The translations under genes were made by a program, and so were the position numbers. From Anaerolineales bacterium (GTDB lineage: Bacteria; Chloroflexota; Anaerolineae; Anaerolineales; UBA4823): DNA of 64,000 nt. A model generated the notes under the pieces. That model had not been told where the DNA came from and did no database searches. It saw nothing but the letters and a program-made list of their open reading frames with translations. The DNA lies in NCBI GenBank assembly GCA_046260155.1, contig JBJYXV010000091.1, forward strand, positions 45,542-109,541, given 5' to 3'. This document shows, one piece after another, positions 53,380-61,886 of the stretch (position 1 is its first letter; every line of letters starts with the position of its first letter).

Positions 53380-54600
53380 TTGGAGAATAAATTGATGGTA
53401 ATTTTAAAAGACTATGATCAATTCCAGGGATTGCACTGGGAGACCGGTAGCTTAAGAAATTATCTGGCGTATAAAGGTGTCCGAGCTCCACATACCGGCC
53501 GACCGTACAGTGAAGCCATGCTGCTGGGCATCAGTGGGGGGATTGTAATGGGGTATTACACTTTCGATTACCAGGGATATGACCCGATGGTCCATATCTT
53601 GACCCGCAACACTTTCGCTCCCCTGGATACTATTTACAGGCGCCTTGACATCCCGACCAGGGTTCTCCAGACCTCCAGCCCAGAAATTGGCGAGAAGAAT
53701 TTATTGTCCGAATTGGAAAGCGGTTCTGCAGCGATCGTTTATGCGGATATGTACAGCCTGCCATACAACGGTTTGGAGATCGGCGAAGCAATGTGGGCAA
53801 TGCTGCCGATCCTGGTTTATGGCTTCGAAAGGGATGGGGATGCGGTTTATATCGCAGATCGTTCCAGGGTACCATTGTCGATCAAGATCGAGGAATTGGC
53901 TTCTGCACGAGGCCGTACCAAAAAGAATAAGTACCGTCTTCTATCCCATGGAGTTCCTGATCCAGATAACTTAATGGAAGCAGTGAGGGATGGACTGCGA
54001 GATTGTATTCGTTACTTCACCCAACCACCACCGAAAGGATCAAAAGAGAATTTTGGATTTTTGGCGTATAAGAAATGGGCAGATTTACTTTTAAAACCCA
54101 ACCTGCGTGGCAGTTGGGCTAAAGAGTTCCCCTCCGGGAGGAGAATGTATGCCGCATTAATATCCGCCTTCAACGATATCAGGATTTATGGGAAAGATGG
54201 AGGAGCAGACCGGGACCTCTATGCAGCATTCCTGGATGAGGCGAGCAGGGTGTTATCTAAACCAGGACTTCAGGATATCGCAGATCAAATCCGGGTAAGC
54301 GCCGTAGCCTGGAATGATTTAGCGGATTCACTGCTTCCTGAGAGTGTCGCTGTGTTCAAGGAAACCCGGCTATTGATGTTGAAAAAACATCGGCTATTCT
54401 TGGAAAAAGGCTCTGCTTCCCTGGAAGAGATGCTCGAAATTAATCACCGCCTATCAAAAATACAGGCATCGATCAGTGAAGCATCTCAAATCAGTGAACG
54501 GCAGGCAAAAGACATGCGTATCGAGATCGCAGACAGGGTCATGGAAATTCATGATATTGAATTTGCAGCGATTAAGAATTTAGAAAGTGTGATCAATTAA
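53380..54600 (+). CDS. BtrH_N-like / DUF4872-like protein
   Basis: FQGLHWETGSLRNYLAYKGV...SEAMLLGISGGIVMGYY resembles the BtrH N-terminal domain as I remember it. The C-terminal half is helical. The start is TTG 53380 or ATG 53395. Confidence 0.45.
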   Translation: MENKLMVILKDYDQFQGLHWETGSLRNYLAYKGVRAPHTGRPYSEAMLLGISGGIVMGYYTFDYQGYDPMVHILTRNTFAPLDTIYRRLDIPTRVLQTSSPEIGEKNLLSELESGSAAIVYADMYSLPYNGLEIGEAMWAMLPILVYGFERDGDAVYIADRSRVPLSIKIEELASARGRTKKNKYRLLSHGVPDPDNLMEAVRDGLRDCIRYFTQPPPKGSKENFGFLAYKKWADLLLKPNLRGSWAKEFPSGRRMYAALISAFNDIRIYGKDGGADRDLYAAFLDEASRVLSKPGLQDIADQIRVSAVAWNDLADSLLPESVAVFKETRLLMLKKHRLFLEKGSASLEEMLEINHRLSKIQASISEASQISERQAKDMRIEIADRVMEIHDIEFAAIKNLESVIN

Positions 54601-54639
54601 CAATTCATTTGTATTGGGAGAAATTCTGGAAGGTGAAAA

Positions 54640-55347
54640 ATGAATTCGCACCGTAAGGTGGCTATTGTCAGCGGAGCCAATCGTGGTATCGGGTTTGAGA
54701 CTTGTCGCCAGCTAAGCCGCATGGGGATCATTACCTTGTTAACCAGCCGGGATATATCGAAAGGGGAGAATGCAGCCAGGACCTTGCAAGAGGAGGGTGG
54801 GCAGGTGCATTACCACCAATTGGATGTTGCTGATGTTGAGAGCATCTCCCGGTTGAAAGATTTTGTGGTGGAAAATTTCAAGCAATGTGACATTTTGGTT
54901 AATAATGCAGGTGTATTTCTGGATTCCGGGGTGAGTATTTTTAACTTGCCAGATTCAATATTAGAGGAGACATTGAAGATCAATTTCCTGGGTGCATTAA
55001 AGATGTGCCAGGAATTTCTGCCCATGATGCAAGCCGCCGGTTATGGACGTATCGTAAATGTCTCATCAGGAATGGGTTCACTGGCAGGCTTGGGTGGCCG
55101 ATCGGCTGCCTATAAATTATCCAAACTGATGTTGAATGGCATGACCCGTATTATGGCAGCTGAGATAAAGGATCGGGACATTAAAATCAATACCATGGCA
55201 CCAGGTTGGGTTCGAACGGATATGGGCGGTGTAAATGCACCCAGGAGCTTGCCCCAAGGAGCAGATACCATCATCTGGCTGGCTACCCTGCCACAAGATG
55301 GACCCTCAGGTGGTTTCTTTGAAGATCGTGCCCCTGCAGCCTGGTAG
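54640..55347 (+). CDS. Short-chain dehydrogenase/reductase (carbonyl-reductase-like)
   Basis: VAIVSGANRGIGFE, NNAGV, and SSGMGS...YKLSK as the catalytic Ser/Tyr/Lys. Confidence 0.9.
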   Translation: MNSHRKVAIVSGANRGIGFETCRQLSRMGIITLLTSRDISKGENAARTLQEEGGQVHYHQLDVADVESISRLKDFVVENFKQCDILVNNAGVFLDSGVSIFNLPDSILEETLKINFLGALKMCQEFLPMMQAAGYGRIVNVSSGMGSLAGLGGRSAAYKLSKLMLNGMTRIMAAEIKDRDIKINTMAPGWVRTDMGGVNAPRSLPQGADTIIWLATLPQDGPSGGFFEDRAPAAW

Positions 55348-55547
55348 AATTCGGGAATGGCCATCTCACTTTACAGGAGATTTCATCTTATTTACTGAGC
55401 AAATGTATTCAATGCTTAGTTTAAGCATGTTGAGAACTGCGTTAACAATTACTGACTTATCGGCTGGTAAAATAAACTACTGTTTGTGATATTTCCTAGA
55501 GGAACTCGACGATACCTTCAACTTATAAAATTATTCTTTGAAATCAC

Positions 55548-55576
55548 TTGCCCAAATTTGATTTTTTCCCTATAAT
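55548..55576 (+). promoter_or_regulatory. Candidate sigma70-type promoter
   Basis: TTGCCC, 17-nt spacer, TATAAT. It lies 222 nt upstream of the ABC operon start codon. Confidence 0.45.
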
Positions 55577-55590
55577 TATCCAAATATGCT

Positions 55591-55652
55591 GATTCCTGAT
55601 TTGCAGAGAAATCGGCATAGTGAAGTTGTTCTTCCAGGAATCTCTTTTTTTT
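55591..55652 (+). terminator. Terminator-like hairpin immediately downstream of the candidate promoter
   Basis: GATTCCTG-36 nt-CAGGAATC followed by TCTTTTTTTT. The loop contains a small GAAG/CTTC hairpin. Confidence 0.5.
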
Positions 55653-55797
55653 ACCAATTGGTTTTTACCAAGCTAACCCAACTGAATATTGCGAGCTATA
55701 TAGAAAGGAGGTTGATTCCGACTTGATATATTTCTAATACACCCATGCGTAATACCCATCAACAACAAAAATTCAATTTAGTTGGAGGAGAGAGAAA

Positions 55798-56871
55798 ATG
55801 TCCCGAAAAATAATCCTAATAACAACGATTTTGATTCTTATGTCGTTTATAGCTACCGCGTGTCAACCGAGCGAAGAGACACAAGCGCCTGAAGAAGGAG
55901 AAGTAGCGCTTCCAAGCGGTTATGGTGCGGTTGTAAATGCGATCAAAGAACGTGGGAAAGTGGTATGCGGCGGTCGTACCGACCTGGCAGGATTTGGTGA
56001 ATTGGATGAGAACGGTCGCAACGTAGGTTTCGATATCGATCTCTGCCGGGCGGTTGCAGCTGCATTGCTGGGTGATCCTGAAGCAGTTGAAGTTGTTCCC
56101 CTCAGTGCAGCTGAGCGAGGACCAGCATTACAAACTGGTGAGGTGGATATCCTTTCCCGCAACGCTACGTGGACCAGCACTCGCGATGCCCAATGGGGTA
56201 ATTTCACATCAGTCTGGTTCTACGATGGCCAGGGTTACATGGTTCCTGTCGCAAGCGGCATCACAGAGATCGAGCAGCTGGACGGGGCAACGATTTGTGT
56301 CACCAGCGGAACCACGACGGAATTAAACCTGGCAGATTCTTTCCGGCAACGTGGGCTAGAGTTCACACCGGTGACCTTTGAGGATACTGCTACTGTCTAC
56401 AGTACTTACGAAGAAGGCCGCTGCGATGCAACGACCAGTGACAAGTCACAGCTGGCTTCAGTCCGCCAGGGTTTTGCCAATCCGGATGATCACATGATCC
56501 TGGATATCACGATCTCGAAGGAGCCCCTTACACCAGCAGTACCATCCGGTGATGACCAATGGTTTGATATCGTCAAAGTGGTCATCTGGGGTTTAATCAA
56601 TGCCGAAGAGCTGGGTGTCACCCAGAGCAACGTTGAAGAAATGAAATCCAGCGAAAACGTTGAAGTCCGCCGCCTGTTAGGTGTCGAGGGTGAGTGGGGT
56701 CAGAGCGACCTCGGTTTGCCAGCAGATGCTGTAGCTAAAGCGGTAACAGCAGTTGGTAATTACGGAGAGATTTTCGAGCGTTATCTCGGTGCAGGTGGTC
56801 TTGACTTACCTCGTGGTCAAAACAACCTGTGGAGCAATGGCGGATTAATTTACGCCCCACCATTGCGATAA
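55798..56871 (+). CDS. Amino-acid ABC transporter substrate-binding lipoprotein (AapJ/BztA-type)
   Basis: The lipobox is FIATAC. GFDIDLCRAVAAAL and the general type-3 SBP layout are present. Confidence 0.85.
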   Translation: MSRKIILITTILILMSFIATACQPSEETQAPEEGEVALPSGYGAVVNAIKERGKVVCGGRTDLAGFGELDENGRNVGFDIDLCRAVAAALLGDPEAVEVVPLSAAERGPALQTGEVDILSRNATWTSTRDAQWGNFTSVWFYDGQGYMVPVASGITEIEQLDGATICVTSGTTTELNLADSFRQRGLEFTPVTFEDTATVYSTYEEGRCDATTSDKSQLASVRQGFANPDDHMILDITISKEPLTPAVPSGDDQWFDIVKVVIWGLINAEELGVTQSNVEEMKSSENVEVRRLLGVEGEWGQSDLGLPADAVAKAVTAVGNYGEIFERYLGAGGLDLPRGQNNLWSNGGLIYAPPLR

Positions 56872-56938
56872 TAAGAATTCACTAGTAATAAATGAGGGAT
56901 ATGACTCTCAAAAAGGTCATATCCCTCAAGAATAATCA

Positions 56939-58138
56939 ATGCCACCTGAAAGCTCACCTGGTGATTTAGTTCAATTTCAAAGTCAAATTCCTTTTTGGCG
57001 GGATGAACGTGTGTTACGTATCGTGGCACAAATCGTTTCCGCGATCGTTGTGATAGGTTTGCTATATTGGGCTGTGATCAATGTTGTGGATGCAGCTGAG
57101 CAGCGAGGATTATCTTTAGGTTTTAATTTTCTTCAGGAATCTGCTGGTTTCCCGGTTGGCGAATCTGATTTACCATATGACCCCTCACGGTCATTTCTTT
57201 ATGCATTCCTGGTGGGGGTGCTCAATACACTCAAGGTTTCGATCGTAGGTATCTTTTTTGCCACAATATTAGGCACAATAATAGGAATAGCACGCTTATC
57301 GACCAACTGGCTTGTGAATCGGTTGGCGCTGGTTTATATCGAGTTTCACCGCAATATACCTTTGCTGGTACTGCTGCTCCTTTGGTACCGGGGAATCTTT
57401 ACCCGGATGCCTGATGTTCAGGACAGCATCACGCTGCCTGGACCAATTTATTTTAACCAACGTGGCTTATACATCCCCTGGCCTCTGATGAATCCCAACG
57501 GTTGGCTGTTTGTAATATCCATCATCTTGGGTGCGATTCTGGCGATCGTAGCCTGGGTGTACCTTCGTCGAAGGCAGGAGCGGACGGGCAAGAATACCTA
57601 CTTTGCATATGTTAGCTTCGGAATATTAATCTTTCTGCCGATTATTGGATATTTCATATCAGGTGGTGATCCATTAGACGCGAGCATTCCAAGTTTGAGT
57701 GGTTTTAATTTTAGCGGGGGCTATCATCTGACACCAGAATTTACAGCCTTGTTGGTAGGATTGGTAACCTATACTGCTGCATTTATCGCTGAAGTAGTGA
57801 GGGCTGGAATTCAGGCTGTCAATCGAGGGCAATTAGAAGCTGCTCGTGCAATCGGTCTTAGTTACTCCCAAATACTCAGCTTGGTGATCATCCCCCAGGC
57901 ATTACGCGTGATTATTCCACCTTTGATCAGCCAGTATCTTAACTTAACAAAGAACTCCAGCCTGGCTATTTTTATTGGATATCCGGAAATATTCTTCATT
58001 GGAAAGACTACAATCAATCAAGCTGGTAGAGCTGTACAGGTTTTTATTTTGATCATGGCTGTTTACCTGAGCATCAGCCTGGTAACCTCTTTCCTCTTGA
58101 ATGTCTATAATCGCAGAATTCAGCTGGTGGAGAGATAA
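56939..58138 (+). CDS. Amino-acid ABC transporter permease (AapQ/BztB-type, about 400 aa)
   Basis: The EAA loop is GQLEAARAIGLSYSQILSLVIIPQALRVIIPPL. Confidence 0.85.
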   Translation: MPPESSPGDLVQFQSQIPFWRDERVLRIVAQIVSAIVVIGLLYWAVINVVDAAEQRGLSLGFNFLQESAGFPVGESDLPYDPSRSFLYAFLVGVLNTLKVSIVGIFFATILGTIIGIARLSTNWLVNRLALVYIEFHRNIPLLVLLLLWYRGIFTRMPDVQDSITLPGPIYFNQRGLYIPWPLMNPNGWLFVISIILGAILAIVAWVYLRRRQERTGKNTYFAYVSFGILIFLPIIGYFISGGDPLDASIPSLSGFNFSGGYHLTPEFTALLVGLVTYTAAFIAEVVRAGIQAVNRGQLEAARAIGLSYSQILSLVIIPQALRVIIPPLISQYLNLTKNSSLAIFIGYPEIFFIGKTTINQAGRAVQVFILIMAVYLSISLVTSFLLNVYNRRIQLVER

Positions 58139-58140
58139 TT

Positions 58141-59352
58141 GTGGCAACGTTACTAGAACCAGAAGTTATGCGACCACCAGAACCACCAGGTTTTCGAACC
58201 TGGATTCGAAAAAATCTATTCAATAACTGGATCAATAGTTTACTGACCATTGTTTTGGTAGTTTTTATTTGTTGGGGCATATATAGCCTACTCCGCTGGA
58301 TTTTCACAATTGCGGATTGGGAACCGGTGTTGGAGTATCCCATTCTCTACTTGGTAGGGCAATACCCTCGGGAATTTTTATGGCGAGTCGGGCTTGTCAT
58401 TTCGATTTATTCAATTCTCATTGGTATGAGCTGGCGAAAATGGAGCGGGATAATGGGGGTTCTCGGTTTAACCTTTGCTGGTTTCATTCTTGTCTTAGGT
58501 TTATGGCCTGCCTCGATCCCCATTCTTACCACAGCAAATCGAGCTTTAATATTGGCGAATCTGGGAATTATTGGTGTTGGCTATTTCATCGGAGGATCAA
58601 AGAAAATCACTCCCCGACTGTTATTACCCGCTTGGTTATTATCGCTGGTGGTTAGCCTCCTGCTTTTATATGGTACACCTTTCCTGGGTGCACTTGATAT
58701 TGTTACAACGAACTTGTGGGGTGGCTTATTGGTAACTTTGCTTTTGGCAATTGGCGGCATAACGATTTCATTTCCATTTGGAGTCATGCTTGCCCTGGGA
58801 AGACGGTCATCTCTGCCAATTATTCGTGTAATTTGTACCGTGTTCATTGAAACCATCCGTGGTGTGCCGCTGATCAGTATCTTATTCTTGTTTTCTTTAA
58901 TTCTGCCTTTATTTCTACCAACAGGTATTCGTGTAGATCGCCTGATCCGAGCCCTGGTTGGTATGACGATTTTCAGTGCTGCCTACACGGCTGAAAATGT
59001 GCGCGGAGGCTTGGCTGCGGTCCCATACGGTCAAACCGAAGCTGCAAAAGCGCTTGGACATTCAAATTTCCAAATTACTGCATTGATCGTCTTACCGCAA
59101 GCGTTAAGGGCTGTGATTCCACCCATCGTCGGCCAGTTCATCTCTCTATTTAAGGATACGACCCTTGCCTCAGGTGTGGCAGTGCTTGAACTGTTATCCG
59201 TTGGACGCTCAATCCTCAATTCTGATCCTCAATATATTGGATTACAGATGGAGGTATATGGATTTATCGCATTAGTTTTTTGGATACTTAGCTATATGAT
59301 GTCACATGCCAGCCGGAATTTGGAATCATCACTCGGTGTTGGAGAACGATAA
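58141..59352 (+). CDS. Amino-acid ABC transporter permease (AapM/BztC-type, about 400 aa)
   Basis: The EAA loop is GQTEAAKALGHSNFQITALIVLPQALRAVIPPIV. The GTG start lies 2 nt after the preceding stop. Confidence 0.85.
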   Translation: MATLLEPEVMRPPEPPGFRTWIRKNLFNNWINSLLTIVLVVFICWGIYSLLRWIFTIADWEPVLEYPILYLVGQYPREFLWRVGLVISIYSILIGMSWRKWSGIMGVLGLTFAGFILVLGLWPASIPILTTANRALILANLGIIGVGYFIGGSKKITPRLLLPAWLLSLVVSLLLLYGTPFLGALDIVTTNLWGGLLVTLLLAIGGITISFPFGVMLALGRRSSLPIIRVICTVFIETIRGVPLISILFLFSLILPLFLPTGIRVDRLIRALVGMTIFSAAYTAENVRGGLAAVPYGQTEAAKALGHSNFQITALIVLPQALRAVIPPIVGQFISLFKDTTLASGVAVLELLSVGRSILNSDPQYIGLQMEVYGFIALVFWILSYMMSHASRNLESSLGVGER

Positions 59353-59394
59353 ATTAATCTCTCCAGGGGTGATTTTTGGGGAAGGGAGCTTTCT

Positions 59395-60153
59395 ATGACT
59401 GAATTAATGGATGATCAGAAACCAATTATCATCGCCCGAGATGTACATAAATGGTTCGGAGATTTCCATGCATTAAAGGGAATTACCATGGATGTTCAGA
59501 AAGGTGAGGTAGTGGTGATCTTCGGTCCTTCTGGTTCCGGAAAATCAACCTTTATCCGCACGATCAACCGCCTGGAGGAACACCAGCAGGGCCAGATTAT
59601 CGTTGATGGGATCGAATTAAGCCATGATGTACGCAACATCGAGAAAATCCGCATGGATACCGGTATGGTATTCCAGCAGTTCAACTTGTTTCCCCATCTC
59701 TCGGTTTTAGATAATATCACCCTGGCACCGATTTGGGTCAGGAAATGGAAGAGACCAGAAGCAGAAGAGATAGGAATGCAGCTCTTAGAACGAGTTGGCA
59801 TCCCGGAGCAGGCGCAAAAATATCCGGGTCAATTATCTGGAGGTCAGCAGCAACGTGTCGCCATCGCGCGGGCGCTGGCGATGCAGCCAAAAATTATGCT
59901 CTTCGATGAACCAACTTCAGCGCTTGATCCTGAGATGATCAAAGAAGTGCTGGATGTGATGATCGAACTGGCGCAGAGTGGGATGACGATGGTGGTGGTG
60001 ACTCATGAGATGGGTTTTGCCAGAGGAGTAGCCGACCGGATGTACTTCTTTGATGGAGGATTGATTGTAGAAAGTGGTTCTCCAGAAGAGATATTCAACA
60101 ACCCCCAAGAGGATCGAACGAAATTGTTCCTCTCCCAAATCTTGAAACACTAA
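59395..60153 (+). CDS. Amino-acid ABC transporter ATP-binding protein (GlnQ/AapP-type)
   Basis: [24 protein letters not shown] and [12 protein letters not shown]. Confidence 0.95.
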   Translation: MTELMDDQKPIIIARDVHKWFGDFHALKGITMDVQKGEVVVIFGPSGSGKSTFIRTINRLEEHQQGQIIVDGIELSHDVRNIEKIRMDTGMVFQQFNLFPHLSVLDNITLAPIWVRKWKRPEAEEIGMQLLERVGIPEQAQKYPGQLSGGQQQRVAIARALAMQPKIMLFDEPTSALDPEMIKEVLDVMIELAQSGMTMVVVTHEMGFARGVADRMYFFDGGLIVESGSPEEIFNNPQEDRTKLFLSQILKH

Positions 60154-60174
60154 ATACAATTCAGATAAAAGACG

Positions 60175-60210
60175 GAGTGGCAGCTGAATTTCAACTGCCA
60201 CTCTTTTGAT
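60175..60210 (+). terminator. Intrinsic terminator after the ABC operon
   Basis: GAGTGGCAG-11 nt-CTGCCACTC followed by TTTTGAT. Confidence 0.7.
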
Positions 60211-60280
60211 CTTCAATGTTAGTAATTATAGAGTAAAGAATTCCCAAAGCTGCCCTAAATTTACTAGAAGTATGCCAAAT

Positions 60281-61558
60281 CTATTCAATATTGCCTCCTA
60301 GAGAGACAACAAAAACATCATAATAAGTACCTGCGCCAAATCCATCGAACATAATATGGTCACCAGGTTTCAAGAGGGGCAGCTCCCGTAAAAAGGCAAT
60401 CATATTGGATGCCGCGCTGACGTTACCAAATTCCTTTATTACCCACGGCATGGGGAGATCAATGCCGATTTTACTGAGGTTTTTTTGTTTTAATAGATTA
60501 ATTTTCTTGTTAGCGTGGTGAACGATTGTAACCTCGATTGTTTTACCGATTGTGCCCAGCTGCTCCATTCGATTGCGGTAGGCTTCGTACACTCTCTGGA
60601 CTATATCAACGCCATTGCGGACAAAGAGCTTTACCATCCCCATGGGTCCTGCCATGATCACAGGCAGTCCATTGGCGGGTTCGTTCATTAATCCAGCAAA
60701 GCGTAAGCTGTGGGGATTAATTTCGGTCACCTCGACCATTGAGTCTTCATGAACCTGATGCGAGTGGGGATAATACATATGCACGGCAAGGACTCCCTGC
60801 TCGTCATAAACTTCTTGCGTGTCTCCAACCAGGAATTCCATGGATTTACCCGGGATTAACCCGATAATCCCTGCACCGTTTCCAAAGAGCTGCAGAGCAT
60901 TCTTGTCGTAGGATTTTTGAACGAAGCGGCTTAATCCCTCAAAACCACCAACCAGCACTTTTTTCCCTTTCAGTATCTGGGCGAGATTGAACCTGGATCG
61001 ATGGTTGTAGCTGAGATCGGGATTTAATACCAGGTGTAAAGCGCCAGCAGAACCATCACAGGCTTTATGAACACTGACCTTTAACGCGTCCTCACGAATT
61101 CCAGCCTGGGACGCGATCTCTTCTGTAAAATTATCACAAACTGGTCCACTGGAGCCGATCAAGACTGCATCAACTTCTCCTGGATCCCATCCAGATGCTT
61201 TGGCAGCCTCCTCTATTAAGCGAGCACCAACCACGGTTTCGATTTTCCTGTGGTCCTCATCTGAAATACCAGTTAAATGCTGACGGTGGATGAAGCCCAA
61301 GGGTTCTAAATTCATGCGCTCATTCTCATCCAGCGGAGAACCGAAGGATTGGTAGACCAATTCTGGAAGGGTGGAATTATCGTAGCTTTTTCCCCATGTC
61401 CCATATACGCCACCAATGCCGATCTTGGGATTGGAGATGCTTTCATAACCAAATGGAATACCCCCCCCAATCGGGATGTCCACCATATGTACCTGTGGTC
61501 GTTCATAAAATGGAAGCACTGGTATGGCTTCTTCCTTTGATGTTCCTTTATGTGTCAT
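60281..61558 (-). CDS. KAS III (FabH)-like thiolase-fold enzyme with N-terminal extension
   Basis: The candidate Cys-His-Asn triad is VHKACDGSAGAL, IVHHANKKI and FGNVSAASNM. The protein is 425 aa against about 325 aa for FabH. Confidence 0.7.
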   Translation of the reverse strand: MTHKGTSKEEAIPVLPFYERPQVHMVDIPIGGGIPFGYESISNPKIGIGGVYGTWGKSYDNSTLPELVYQSFGSPLDENERMNLEPLGFIHRQHLTGISDEDHRKIETVVGARLIEEAAKASGWDPGEVDAVLIGSSGPVCDNFTEEIASQAGIREDALKVSVHKACDGSAGALHLVLNPDLSYNHRSRFNLAQILKGKKVLVGGFEGLSRFVQKSYDKNALQLFGNGAGIIGLIPGKSMEFLVGDTQEVYDEQGVLAVHMYYPHSHQVHEDSMVEVTEINPHSLRFAGLMNEPANGLPVIMAGPMGMVKLFVRNGVDIVQRVYEAYRNRMEQLGTIGKTIEVTIVHHANKKINLLKQKNLSKIGIDLPMPWVIKEFGNVSAASNMIAFLRELPLLKPGDHIMFDGFGAGTYYDVFVVSLGGNIE

Positions 61559-61820
61559 TACCGCTCCTTGAACATTCAGCCAAAACGCCTGGCTTTTTTA
61601 AACCAAGCACGATTATAAATTAATCTCCATCTTTATGATGGTCTAGAATCGAATTCTCTGGCAGTACTAATATTTCTACCTAAATCGATTGAAGGCGATG
61701 GCAATTGAAATAGATTCGGTTTGCGATTATAAGAACACCGAAGAACCGTTCGAGTGACGGATGAGAATTTGTTTTTTGGATCTAAATCGGTATAAACTCA
61801 AAAGAATTGCATAGCATCTT

Positions 61821-61856
61821 AAAACAAAAATCCCTGGGGCCTGGCTATTCCCAGGG
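61821..61856 (-). terminator. Intrinsic terminator after the Rca-like gene
   Basis: Minus strand: CCCTGGG-11 nt-CCCAGGG followed by ATTTTTGTTTT. Confidence 0.6.
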
Positions 61857-61886
61857 TATTTCGTTTTTGTTGGAATATAAATTACA

